A stretch of DNA of 57,939 nucleotides, counting the filler, from Sphacelaria rigidula (Eukaryota), in assembly GCA_964200075.2 (NCBI GenBank). It is 6 parts of 6 records of this genome, joined end to end, with 100 filler letters (N's around TTAATTAATTAA, not from the genome) between each part and the next. Parts side by side here need not be neighbours in the genome. Positions count along the whole stretch, not along the records: positions 9,675 to 19,248 come from CAXNAA020008178.1; positions 19,349 to 28,922 come from CAXNAA020008179.1; 4 more parts are not named here. The stretch is one strand, 5' to 3'. Below the pieces are notes generated by a model that was not told where the DNA came from, did no database searches, and saw only the letters and a program-made list of their open reading frames with translations. Shown here piece after piece: positions 13,835-26,297 of this stretch (position 1 is the stretch's first letter; each line of letters begins with the position of its first letter). The translations under genes were made by a program, and so were the position numbers.

Positions 13835-14446
13835 GTGAGAAGAAAATAGGTATAATCTAAAAAAGACCCATATTTCAATCTCTACTTACCCCTCCAGGAC
13901 GACTAACTAGCATGCTTTCTAGCCCCGCTCACCCTTTCATGAAATTCCATTATTTTGTCGCGCTCTCCAAACGCCCATAAAAGAGGAGTCATGGCACGTA
14001 TATCCATCCATCGCGTGGCAACCAACAGCTGAAAGATGATTTAATATTCGAGTAATTTCTGAAAGAATTTCAGGTGGAGCGGTAAGAACGCTAAAACCTC
14101 TCCGGGTAGAAATCCGTAAATGTCGCGGATGAATGCTGCACGACTGATCAGAAATGTTTCAACTTCCCAAACGCCCCGTGACGTCAAGACACGAACGCAC
14201 ACCCAGAAAATACGCACACGCACGAATGCACAAGCAGGGCATCTTCCGGCTCACGCGTATACCGCTGCGCTGGCCAAGGCACGTTCTGCCACCCCGCATA
14301 CTCATACGTTCCGTGTTCCAAAAGTGTAATTTTTCCGAAGGTCCCGTCGTGGATCATGTCTCGGATTCTCACTCGCAGTAAAATCTTTGCTTCATTTAGC
14401 CCCCCACCCCCCCCCCCCCCTCCTCCCCCTCCTCCTCCTCGAGTAG

Positions 14447-14748
14447 GACGTGTCGCGAGGATGGACAGCACAGGAGCTCATACTCCGCGTCCCCATCGAC
14501 AACTGGCTAGCCTACACCGAAACCTTGAGGGACAACCCCGTCCTGGTGAAGGCATGCACTAGCGGCATTGTTTATACGTTGGGCGACTGGACCGCCCAGA
14601 CGTTTGAGGGTGTAGCGCTGGCCGACATCAAGCGGGAGAGAGTCTTCCGATCCGCTGTGGCGGGGCTTCTGCTGCACGGCCCGCTCAGCCACGTGTGGTA
14701 CGGCGCGTGTGAGTGGGTATTCGACGTCGTCGGCTGGAACGAGAACTG
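14447..14748 (+). CDS. Mpv17/PMP22 family protein, internal exon
   Basis: Pyrimidine tract plus TAG acceptor, GTCAGT donor; DVSRGWTAQELILRVPIDNWLAYTETLRDNPVLVKACTSGIVYTLGDWTAQ...HGPLSHVWY. Confidence 0.92.
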
Positions 14749-15565
14749 GTCAGTCAGTTGTGCGCCTGTTGCTTTTCTGTCGCGCGCGCGCGCGTGTGTG
14801 TGTGTTTGTGTGTGTATGTGTGTGCGTGTGTACTGGGTGTGTCTGACGTGTCATATTTTGTGTGTTGGGGATTGCACGTGCTGTTTTGTTGTTTTTAGGA
14901 GAGTAGCAGAATGTCGCCCTATCGTGTGCACTTTTAGTTTGGTCCATAGAGCGTTTCTGGGACAAAAAGGGGGCGGACAATGCACGCTACGTATGGGTAG
15001 TAAGCTGCTTCTAAAAAAGAGATGCTTTGTTGAGGATGGGATGAGCAAGGCGGCCGTTACGTTCGTGCCCGCTGCCCGCTCACGACGGCGACCATATTTC
15101 GAGTATATATTTCTACAAAGAAAAAACAGTTCTCTCAGTTTGTTTGTTCGATTTTTGTTGTTTCCCCCCCCCACTTCTCAATTTCTCGAGCGAGCGTTTC
15201 TCATTTTGCTTTTTCTTATGTACGTCCTTGCTGTCATCACGACTAGATCCCGATCAGCTAAAGTGCGAAAATCAATCAATGTGCTGGTTCCCCGGAACGG
15301 TCCAGCTCTAATCCTTTTCCATTCGAGTATTGGATGCTTTGCTGCATATACAGTCTGTAGTCTTGCAACCGCTTCGACATCACGTGCGGAGTAGACGTGC
15401 GAGTGTGATCGCGAGTACGATTGTAAGATCTTGAAGAGGATAATCTTGTTGGCATGCCCTTAACTGTCCACACATCATCGTACGTTATTATTTTATGATC
15501 TATGGTGTGTGCTTCGAAGTTCATGAAATCGTCGGGATTTCTTCGTTGTTTACACCTGTGTCCAG

Positions 15566-15763
15566 GTGGGTGACGATTCCCAAAATCGTGAGCGATCAGA
15601 TCTTCTGGGGACCGCTCTGGAACGCCGTGTACATATGTTTCCTCGGAGTACTGAAACGTGACACGGCAAAGACTATATGGACGGCGATCACTTCTACGGC
15701 CGTGCCTTTGGTGGTGGCGGGGCTTCGCCTTTGGCCGTTGGCACACGTCATCACCTACGGAGT
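15566..15763 (+). CDS. Mpv17/PMP22 family protein, internal exon
   Basis: CCAG acceptor, GTGAGT donor, phases consistent (TG|G and GT|G); WVTIPKIVSDQIFWGPLWNAVY...LRLWPLAHVITYG. Confidence 0.92.
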
Positions 15764-15880
15764 GTGAGTACACAGCTGTGTGATATTTCTCCACGAGGAT
15801 TGCCTGTGCTTTTTTTTTTCTTCTTGTCTTCGTTTTTTTCGTCTTTTTTTTTCGTCGACCCCGGTTGCTTGTTCTGCCTT

Positions 15881-16707
15881 GAAGCGTGTCTTCGCACATT
15901 TTCTTCGATCGGAAAAGTGCGGCGGAAAACAAAACTTTCGATCTGATAGATCCACCGCATTTGTGTTCCTAATTGGCTTCAAGTATTTTTTTATGATTTG
16001 TGGCGCGCGGAGAAGAAGTAAGAAACAGTAGCGCTAACCTTCTTCGATCGAAAACATGCGGTCGAAAGGCACGAAGGGACGGACACTTGACTCCTATCTT
16101 ACAGACCACCACGCCAGATACCACCCGTTCACAAAACCATGCAAACCGCATCCAACTCATTCTCAGCCACCACCGCAACCGTGCAGCATAGAGCACGAGT
16201 TGAGCACAGGAATAGATACACTGCGGTGGTTGGTGTGCTTTGTTTATTTTCTTGTTGGCGAAAACTTGAACATCTTCTCTCATGGTAGGGATCAGCGACT
16301 GAACTGCGTGGTGGGGTGGGCAACCGGCTTGCACACACGGTCATGGACACTGCAGGCAGTACAAAGCTGCACGTTGTCCAGGTCCTTTTCAAGTCGCATT
16401 GTAAGCAGAGAGAGCAGGTAGTCCTGCCCTGTCTGTACTGCCCGTTGCCCGCTTCTCTTTCACATTCTACTGTACGAAACACGTACACACGCACTCGAGA
16501 TACACCGCATGCAAACAGTGTAGACAGTATAGACAGTCTGTACTGTACACAAGTGACCATGAACCGTTTGACGAATTGCACTTTCTTTTTTCGATCGAAA
16601 GCTTGAAAATTCGCTTGGACCGAACTCGAGCAAGATGAGCGAATTTCGCTCAGATAAATTCCCCCGCTCCTTTTTTCGACGAAAAAAATGTGTCATGAGA
16701 CGCGCCC
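15881..16707. mobile_element. Non-autonomous TIR DNA transposon of about 830 bp in the Mpv17 intron
   Basis: Inverted termini (GCGTGTCTT..TTTTCTTCGATCGGAAAA / TTTTTTCGACGAAAAAAA..AGACGCGCCC); colinear homolog at 54909-55728. Confidence 0.75.
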
Positions 16708-18301
16708 TTATCGGTTATTCTCCACTTTCCTTCAGCGATTTTTTCAGTTTTGTGTTATCTCGGGTTCGTCTCTCATGTGGATGATGACCACGGCTGGATC
16801 ATGACTCTTAGATCGGTAAAAGTGCGAGAATCAGTGAAAAAAGTAGAAAATATCACGGTTCAGACGAATCATCGCCGGTTCGAATCACCAAATCCGCGGT
16901 AAGTCAGGCCTGGTTGCTTGAAAGAGAGAAAAAAGTCGACCGCAGGTCAAAAAGGTATCCACGCAATTTTCGCGCCATTACAAGTGCCTGGGCTGTGCGT
17001 ACCTGGGTTGCAACGCTTAAAACAAAGCCTAAGGATTGATTCGTACGGTACGAATCAATTACACTAAAATCAATTAATTTTCAGACGAATCATTATTTCG
17101 TCAGACCCTTGAAAGACATAAAGATTGCCGCTGCACCCCGGGTGTTTTAAGAGGTACGACTGGACCCAACCTGGTCAGAAGGAAGCGGGTTTGACTTCCG
17201 GCAGCTGCAACTGCTTTTTTTTTTTTCCCGAGAAAGGTCTTTTTCACGTCCTTGAAAAACGTGAGCACTGTGGGTAGCCGAGAAAATGTATTGTGCGAGG
17301 ATCGACGAGAGGTGCGAGAGTGCTGATAGTCATGATCCAATCCGCGAAACCACAGTGTAAGGCGTGTACCGCAGGAGAGATGTTGGGTTGATCGATCACT
17401 CGAGACCATGAACTCATCGCACGGAATGGGAAAAATTAGAAATGTGACGAAAAACGAAGAAAATATGTGACGGGGAGCCATCTCACGTCGGGATGGGGAG
17501 CGGTTTTGGCCAAATAGTTGCACGAAGAGGAAGGAGCTAGTCTGAGACGTTGCTTCGGGCAGTGACAAGTCTGTGGCATGTTGTCATCGATCTAGAATGT
17601 ACAATCGCGCAATTATTTGCAGATAGTCATCTCACACTAATGCCAGGAGTGAGAGTTATTTCTTCAGTAATAAAGAAAACACTACTACTTGGGTTTTGTC
17701 GTGCACCCGTGGGCGGAAAATACAGTTATTATGACCACGGGTTGCAGAAGTCCAATGGCTACATTTTTGCGCTGTTTCGCGCTCTGCTGCCCGTCGCACC
17801 CGCTGGATCGTTTTGCGCACTTTTTAGTCGCCTCAGTAGTTGCGGCTATTTAGTTGGCTGGTATACTATCAACACGTATTTTATTTATGCGATTAGTTTT
17901 TGGACACAATCGTACAGGGTCTTCTTACACACTGGTGGTGGGCGTTTTTCTCACCAAATGGTTGACTAAACAGGCATTTTCGAGCGACGATCGACCCGTC
18001 TCCTACCACCATGTGACGCTTGCTGAAAACCTCTCTACCGAAACACCTCATCCACGTAGCGTCGCTTGTGATACTGCCGTAGGGGGGGATGCATACCGAT
18101 AAGAGGTCCACTGCAACTCGGATAGTAGGGTAACCGCAGTCAGAGGAGAAAAGTCAGGCGATGCCAGGCTTGAGCAAAGATGGCAACATGCTCCTTTTGT
18201 CGCACTTCTCTTGACGAAAGGAGGATGAAATGCCAACTCACACGTCTGATTCCCCATACCCCACACTCCACCCCTCCACCATTGATACCCATCTGCTCCA
18301 G

Positions 18302-18656
18302 GGTGCCTACGGAAAACCGCCTTCTGTGGGTGGACTTCGTGGAGATCATATGGGTAACCATCCTCAGCAGGCAAGCGGCAGATCAGGCTCGCTCGGCAGG
18401 AGATACTGGAGAAGTAGCGGCGGATGGCGGTGGGAATAACGCAATGTCTTCGGCGTCTGCTGTCACCGCAGAGGTGATGGTACACGTTAGTAATGGGGAG
18501 GCGGCAGGGCGTGAAGCGACATTTCATGGCTCCAACCGCGCTACGCTTAGCGGGGCCGTTCCTCAGGAAGGGGAGGGGCAAGTGGCGGCGGTTGGTGGTA
18601 GCGGTGGGATGGGAGCAGATGATCTCGATGGGTCAGTGGGAGTAGAAGAACGGTGA
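18302..18656 (+). CDS. Mpv17/PMP22 family protein, last visible exon
   Basis: CCAG acceptor; VPTENRLLWVDFVEIIWVTILS followed by a low-complexity tail. The end is ambiguous: TGA at 18654-18656 or a GTGAGT donor at 18653. Confidence 0.85.
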
Positions 18657-19248
18657 GTGGCCGCGTTTTCGGGTACATTTTTGCTGCTGAAGTGTGGAGC
18701 GGGGGCCGTGACGACCAGGGAAGGAAGCAGTGTGTTCGCGATTTGTTTTCGCGAAGCGTGGACGTGGCCACGGAATACGAGGCAATGAGGAGCAATAAAA
18801 TCGCGATGCGAGATGTTTCGAGAGGTGCGAAGCAAGAGAAATGGGGACGTCTCTTGGATCCCGTGAAGTCGAGAGGAATGAGCTTTATGTCACTGTGGGA
18901 ATTGCGTGGTTTGGCTGTTGTGCCGGTGTGCTATCGGGTTGTGGCTAGATCGGTAGCGTAGGTTGTCGTCCGTATCGGCAAGTAGCGGAACAGCTTACTA
19001 GGTCACGTCCCCGTGGGGTGGGCGGGCATTGAGAATGATAGACAAGCTTCGCGGTGTTTGAAAATAATCAGGAGTATGCACCCCCCCCTCGCGCAGCGGT
19101 CCGGCGAAACCCGGCGTGCTCCATCCAAGCTTCGTAGGCATGCGAGGTCAACGGTCTTATGGCTATGGCATGGATGATAATGAGTGCTCCGTCTCGAAAG
19201 GGATGCGTGGTCAATGGTCAAACGACTAAGGCAAGCAACAAATGAGTA

Positions 19249-19348
19249 NNNNNNNNNNNNNNNNNNNNNNNNNNNNNNNNNNNNNNNNNNNNTTAATTAA
19301 TTAANNNNNNNNNNNNNNNNNNNNNNNNNNNNNNNNNNNNNNNNNNNN
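19249..19348. other. Artificial contig spacer
   Basis: N44-TTAATTAATTAA-N44. Confidence 0.98.
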
Positions 19349-21146
19349 TGGAACCCGAATACAAGCGAAAGCGCTTTCCATGACTTGACTGTTTCGGGCA
19401 AACTATCGAAAGCCCAAATAGGGGTTGAGCCCCATTTTTGTGTTCAACCCCATTTTTCAGGATCCCCTGTTAATTGGTGTTGCCGGGGTGATACGGAGTA
19501 AGTACGTTGTTCATCAGGGGTGTTATCAACCGTCACTGGCCCAAAAAACACGGTTTTGCGGCTGTGGCGCAAAAATCGGGAGATATTAAAAAAAAATGTT
19601 GATAGCACCGCGACTAGTTTAGGCACCGTGCTTGTCCTTTGAGGATTCTTTTTGTTCAAGGAAAGTCGGGAAAGGCACGGCACAGGTGTAATTCGTAGAC
19701 AAAAGACATGGCACGGGCACATTGCATCTCAACTTCCTTCGGCCGGGTACTGTCATCTTCTATTTTCAGAGGTTACGTCAAATTAGATCAATTCCTTGTA
19801 CACATTAGTTCTTTCTCTCCAACCCGTGGTCACGGGGTGCAAGGACCTCACCACCCATGACCATAAAACCAAGAGTTGACAGAGGATGCCTCTACGCAAA
19901 AACGGCACACGAAAAGAACGAGCCCGCATAAACCGATCGAACTACAAGGAACACACTGCAAGCTGAAAAATTACCGGCATGCGATCTAGACGACCAAATT
20001 ACCACCTACTGCTGCATATACGCGTAGAAACAGCCAGCACAGGAATTGACATGTCGCAGGCAGCGAGAACCACCCCGTAATAGACCTAGTAATATTGGAA
20101 AAGATCCCAGGTTCAAGGAAATGAGGAAAGGGCTTTATCACCGAAGCATCAACTGACTTGGCTCAACATCAACATCAAGTGAGTTGATCACCCTATCATT
20201 AGTTCGGTGTAACTACCCAGGGCTAATCCAAATTCGAGAAACTCAAATCTTTCTGCCCTACTGCAGGAGAAGATAATTCGTCATGTATAGGGAATAATTT
20301 TTAACTAAGGCCATGTAGAAATTAGGACACTCCTAATCCCCCCCCCATCTTGGCACCCAAAAAGCATCGGGAAGAAAAAGTTTGATTTGACCACGTTTCT
20401 GTACAGAAGACGACACAACGCCGAAAGAACCGGGGCCCAAAATGAGAAGAAATGAATCCGCTAAAAAGTCACAGACGCTGCCGGAAGCTGACGTGGATGA
20501 TGTCGGATGTGACACAGTCCGTCATGTTCCTAGTCCAGGCATCTGGTTTTGGAACGCATCGCGGTATAGAAAGAAGGTAGGCAAGAGCGGTACTCATTCG
20601 TTGCTTGCCTTAGTCGTTTGATCATTGACCACGCATCCCTTTCGAGACGGAGCACAAGGTAGGCAAGGGGAAGAGTAGAGGAGGGAAGAGACGTGAACAA
20701 GCGTGCAGGCTGGAGATTACACTGAGGGATGTTGAAAATCAATAGGAAAGGCTGCCACCAATAAAAGCAAGCATTGAAGGTGGGAGAGGGCAGGATAAAA
20801 ATGGGATTATACATGTTGGAGAGGGGATTGAACTGGGAAATGGATGTTTAGTTGTGATACCTACCGTAAATGGTGGCTCGGTTTCCGGCTTCGCTCCTGG
20901 TGGTCGTCGGTCGGGTACCCTGTCGGGTAGAATTAGGTGTCTTCTTTTCGGATGTAGGGTCGTTTTTGCTTGGTGGCGTCACGAGGTCGCCTCCGGAAGG
21001 AGAGGGGGAATAAGTATTGACCCGCAGTACTCTTCGAGGCGTGTAGCTGTCGTTTCTCGAGGCAAACGCCTCATTTTCTTGGAACAAGTGCCCTTGGAAA
21101 TCCAACAGGAGCTCGGCACGGGTGTCGTAGAAGCATTCATGACATG

Positions 21147-21365
21147 TGTGACCAAAATACGCCATTACGTTGAGTTGGTAGTGATGATATGGATAATGAC
21201 CGGAGACACTAGTTTGATACCCTGGCGTGTGTAGGTGGGTGCCTTGGAAGGTCACTCCGATAATATGAGATGTTGCAAAGGCTGACAACTGAAGCTGAGG
21301 ACAGTAAGACTGGGGAGTCCCTCAGTAGCAGTGATCCAGCAGTTCTTCCACTGGCTAGCGTCACA
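21147..21365 (+). repeat. 5' LTR (219 bp)
   Basis: TG...CA ends with a 6-bp terminal inverted repeat; near-identical to 26051-26297. Confidence 0.93.
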
Positions 21366-21737
21366 ACATCAATATTAGTGCTAGTGTTAGTGCTAGTGTT
21401 AGTGCTAGAAACCTGCTGGAAAGGAATTCAGCGGAAAAAGTCTGGTAGCTGTGAAAACCTGATAACCCACGGACGCGTGGAGAGGGTTCCAGCTGAGGAG
21501 AGTGCAAAAAGGCGGCTCGACTGTGATCGATCCATACTGGAGACTTGCTGAAGCTTCGTGCAGGTGGAGTTTGGAGGCTCCTACGACTGTGTGGTGCGGC
21601 GACGAAGCAAGGAAAGTGCAATTCGCGAAGGTCCGCTGGCTTACAAAGGTTCGTAGGTAGCCGGTTACAGCTACAGCTATGGCTACCAGCTCACGAGGCA
21701 CGTCGACTGTGACACCCGTGATCATGGGGGAAGAGTT

Positions 21738-23068
21738 GTGACCTCCTCAATACGGGGACAGGTACTCAGAGAGTGTATCTCGCGCTTTTTACACAAGTAT
21801 TTGGAATACAAGAATCGTGTGGGGCACGCTAATGCAGGGGGTGCCGTGCGGCATCAGGTGGTGACAATGGTTCAACCAGTGCCAACTCATGGGCAGAGAG
21901 TGTTCGCTCGTTTGGAACATAATGAGAGCACTATCACCCCGCCGCAATTGGTTGCGGCGATCAAAAATCATGCTGAGCATGCGGCGGGCGCCGAGGTAGA
22001 TCTGACCCAAGCGTCCGCGGTCGTGGCGAAAGCTGTCGCCAATTATTCTCGGGGGGAAACGATGTTGAAGCGGGTGTAGCCCATCCTGGCCAATTTGGAG
22101 AAATACTTCAGGCGATATATTGGGCGTGTGGCGCCCTGAATCATACCGCGACGACGTCCAACCCAGGCAACCAACGCTGAGCGAGGTGTGGTATGGTAAG
22201 GCAGCACCTGCCTCACTACATCCATTTCTTCGTCCGGGCTATTGCCGCTGGACCCGACCGTCAAAGAAGTTTCCCGAGTGCGAGAGAAGCTTCTACCTCG
22301 GGCCCCGCATCGACGACCCCCGCGGTTCATTGCGGATGCTGACGCGGGAAAAAAAGTAGTGGAGACAAGGGACGTCACCTGAGAGGCGCCGCCGGTCATG
22401 GTGGTGCCACCGATACAACTGCAGCAGCCAGCTTCGCCGAAGCTTGCGGGAGCGTCGGAGCTGGGAGGGACGTCACAGCTAGGAGAGACGTCACGGAAAA
22501 TCCGAACGTGGAAGTAGTATATCGTTCCCCCGATGGTGAATTCATCCCCAGCCCGGCTACAGTAATCACTGAGGCTTTGGTGGAGGGGTTCGCACCGGAA
22601 AAATCCAAGCAAGCCGTGCTTATCAAGCTGCAGCAACAGACAGACTGGAAAGCCGACCCATGCCTGGTGATGAGCACCGTCGTGGCCGAGGCCAAGCAGT
22701 GGCGGAAAATAGAGGTGTTCGGCCAGTCGTCCACCTCTTCGCCGAAATCTTTGCGCAACCATGGCTCGAAATGGGCCGGTCGCACCGCGAGTACTACTTG
22801 CCACCGCTGTGGCCAGGTCGGCCATTACGCGCGCGATTGCCCAACGTCTTTCGGTGGAGAGTCTGGGCAGTCTAGTGCCGCGCGCTATCAGCATCGTCAG
22901 CACAAGGGCGAAAGACGACGTAATCGTGGTGGCGGCGGCGGATCCTCCGGCGATGGAGGATCGCAGGCGAGACCTCCGCAGCAGCCGCAGCCGCAGCAGC
23001 AGAATCAGCAGCAGCAGGGGCAGCGGTGTCAGTGTGGGCCTGGCTCTGGGTCCGGCGCCGCCGTATAG
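21738..23068 (+). pseudogene. Gypsy gag (disrupted) with CCHC zinc knuckle
   Basis: CHRCGQVGHYARDC (CX2CX4HX4C) near 22799; several stops and frameshifts. Confidence 0.85.
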
Positions 23069-23348
23069 GTGCTGCTGCTCCGCAACGGGTGGTGCAGGTG
23101 GGCCCGACTTCTACAGAGTCGAACACTGCGCCGGCGCCGGTGGTGGCGCCGACGACGACACCGGCAGCAACGCCGGGCGCGACGCCTGTTGATGCGTTGG
23201 TCGGAGGTTCGCCAAATTCTTGGTTTGCTGGCGGGGGGGCGTACCCGCCGGCGGTGCCGTTTGAACCTGCCGGGGCGTCTTCGCCTGCGCAGCCTGCGCA
23301 GCTTGCGCAGCTTGCGCAGCTTGCGCAGCTTGCGCAGCTTGCGCAGCC

Positions 23349-25976
23349 GTGGCGTCAAGTGGGATTAGCGGTGCATTGGTTAGCGGAGCAGGTGCCGCGG
23401 AGCTTGCCGGCGGATACATTCCGGTGGAGTTATGTCTTCCGAATCAACGGCAGCGCGGAGCCATTGTCGTCCGGTCTGTGTTGGATTCTGGCGCCCATTT
23501 CACTAGTCTGCCGGTCCAGATGGTTGAGATGCTGGAGCGTCAATTCCCTGGTGTGCCGCTGCGCATCCCGTTTTCGCTCGGGGTGCGGCAGGCAATCACC
23601 GCGCCAGGTCAGTATGTTTCAGTCACGGAGCGTACTGTTCTGTTGCATCTAGCCTTCAGGACTGCTTGGGGGCTGGCGCCGTTGCCTCCGATCTCGTTTG
23701 CGATTATGCCAGGGTCGGATGGCGTTGTTTTTTGGGGCTGCCGACGCTACAGGATCTACGAGTCGACCCGTATGAGCGGTTGAAGGACTCAATCAAGACG
23801 CGGATGTCTCCGCCTGGTCCGCACGTGGAGACGCTCGCCGTTCTGGGCAGTCGTCGCGTGAGCTTGTCGGTGGAACGCTTGGTAGAGCGCGGCCCGAAGA
23901 TATTTATTGATCCGGCGGAAGAGGAGTCCGCTCGGAAGGTCGCGCTGGAGGAGAGCGTGACGGGTGCTGGGGCGAAAAGCCTCAGCGTCTCAAAAGCAGA
24001 GCGCCTGCGCGGTATATTGCATTGCTCATGCGTGTTCACCTAAAACCTGGCGCGTCCGCGGTGAAGACGAAGCCGCGCCGGTACGATCCAGTGAAGTCGA
24101 GTTGGTTGGCGTTGTGCATGGCGGCTCTTTTGGCGCTTGCATTGGTGTTGCGGAATTCGCAGGCGGGGCGGTCAAGTCCAGATATGGCGTTTCCGAAGAA
24201 GGCTGCATCGTAGACGGAGGGCAAGCTGCAGGCGTGGGTAGCAGCGAAGGATCTGGTGGCTCATGCCGTGACGCTATTCCATCCTCGTCCTGATTGTCAG
24301 GTGTTTATGTTTCTGGATGCATCTGAGTGCCATTGGGGTAGTTTGGTCATGCAGGTGCCTAGAGTTGAAACTCAAATGCATGTGGACGCTGTGACTGTGT
24401 ATGGTCCGTGTGAACCTGATGGCTCGATGCCATCCAAATCTGTTGCCCACCAAGCGCAACGAGAAGACCTTGGGGCCCAAGATGCGGATGTGCAATCTTT
24501 CGAGTCGGACGTTAGTACTGCTATCTTGGACAATGAAGGTCTGTTTTGTGTGCATGTGCGTGGCCGAAACGTTTCGTGGATTCCGAGTTCCGGCAAGCAG
24601 TTGCAGGTACGTCTGATGATTTGCGCGCACATGCGCGACGCCGGGCATCGTGGTGTAGCTGCGACGCTCGTGCGCTTGCAAGAGTTTTGTGTCCGGCAAG
24701 GGATAGAAACTCATGTGCGCGAATTTGTCCGCCAGTGTCTTCACTGTGCTGATTCGAGGGCGGGCGATGTCGTTCCCCGCCCGCTCGGCGAAACGGTCCA
24801 TGGCATCACGCCGAATGAAGTTGTTCATTCTGACTTCTTGTACGTGGGCGAGAGTGGCCCGCTAGCTTCCCAAGGCTTGTCGGGGGATACTGGATTTTGA
24901 GACATTTTAGCAGTCATCGATGATTTGAGCAACTTTGTGGCTCTGGAACCAGTAGCAGTGTGTACCGCTGAATCTACCGCTGCATTTTTGCTGAATTGGT
25001 GCAAAACGTTGGGGGTGCCGCATGTGTGGGTGCGTGATACCGCCACGCATTTCAAGAATGCGATCTTGGCCCGATTGCGAGAGGCTTTGCGCGTTGATCA
25101 CCAGTTTGCGGTAGCGTATTCTCCGTGGTTTAACGGCACGTGCAAACGCATGGTCAAGGAAGTAGTTCGTGCTCTTCGCTCTATTCTTCTCGAGCAACGT
25201 AGAGCGGTTTCCGAGTGGGTGGACGTGTTGTCGGCGGTGCAATGGGCGCTTAATACAGCGTATCGTCGTCGTTACGATAGTACGCCGTACCACGTGATGT
25301 TTGGTCGTGCCCTTCCGACATCTTTCTCGGTGCTGGCGTCTTCGTCGGCGGGAGAATAGAACTGTGATGTTTTGGACGCTGTTCAAATCAAGAGTGCATT
25401 GCGAGGAGTCTTGGACTTGCAAGAACGTTTCCACGTTCAAGTGCAGGAACGTGTTGCCGCTGAACGTGCGCGTAGACGCGAGGGGTCCTCGTCGGGGCTA
25501 AAATTGCCGAATATTTGCGACTATGTCTTGTATGCACGCGTGCGCCGTCCGGGTGTTACGCCCAAGTTGATGGCGACGTGAACTGGTCCATGGAGAGTGG
25601 TTGGTGCTCACCACCCGCACGTGTTTGAGATTCAGATAATTATTTCGGGTCGTGTTCAGACCGCCCATGTAGCTCGTTTGCGTTTTTTTGCAGACTCGCA
25701 GCTGAATGTTACGGCTGACGTTAAGGACATCTTCCAGTATGCTTTCAATCAGGGGCATTTACGATGGCTGGTATCATCCGAGTGGCAGAAGCAGATGATC
25801 GTTCGTTGATCGTGTTGGTCGATTGGGTTGGTTTTGAAGTTGAGGAGCGTACGTGGGAGCCCTTCAAGGACATTTTTGAGGCCGCTCCGGAATTTCTTAC
25901 GAAGGAGTTGCGTAAATTGCGCGTGACTCGTGCCGTTGCTGCTCGCATTACGAGTGAGTTTGATATTAAATTGTGA
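23349..25976 (+). pseudogene. Gypsy pol remnant: aspartic protease, RT/RNaseH fragments, integrase, chromodomain
   Basis: VLDSGAHFT (PR); KPRRYDP (RT start); FLDASECHWG (RH); HMRDAGHRG..CLHC and VVHSDFLYVG (IN, catalytic E replaced by K in NGTCK); LVDWVGFEVEERTWEP (chromo). Confidence 0.88.
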
Positions 25977-26050
25977 CTTACTCATCGTTTTAACGTTTTC
26001 TATGTGCCAAGCTTGTCGATCGATTTTCGTCCAACGCGCTTTCGGGGTGC

Positions 26051-26297
26051 TGTGACGAAAATACGCCATTACGTTGAGTTGGTAGTGATGATATGGATAA
26101 TGACCGTTGGTAGTGATGATCTGGATAATGACCGGAGACACTAGTTTGATACCCTGGCGTGTGTAGGTGGGTGCCTTGGAAGGTCACTCCGATAATATGA
26201 GATGTTGTAAAGGCTGACAACTGAAGCTGAGGACAGTAAGACTGGGGAGTCCTTCAATAGCAGTGATCCAGCAGTTCTTCCATTGGCTGGCGTCACA
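26051..26297 (+). repeat. 3' LTR (247 bp, with an internal 28-bp tandem duplication)
   Basis: Matches the 5' LTR except for a few substitutions and a duplicated GTTGGTAGTGATGAT(A/C)TGGATAATGACC. Confidence 0.93.

Larger units (their letters stand above)
21147..26297 (+). mobile_element. Decayed full-structure Ty3/Gypsy (chromovirus-like) LTR retrotransposon with internal RT deletion
   Basis: Paired LTRs TGTGAC...GTCACA; 4-bp TSD CATG/CACG (1 mismatch); domain order gag-PR-(RT/RH remnants)-IN-chromodomain. Confidence 0.93.

Noticed and set aside
14749-15394. Remainder of the 314-aa ORF 14450-15394 as coding sequence
   Set aside because: Read-through into an intron: GT donor at 14749, (GT)n microsatellite, and homology resumes at 15566
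23287-23348. CRISPR-like or functional repeat (GCGCAGCTT)n
   Set aside because: 9-bp microsatellite-type expansion without spacers inside decayed gag-pol
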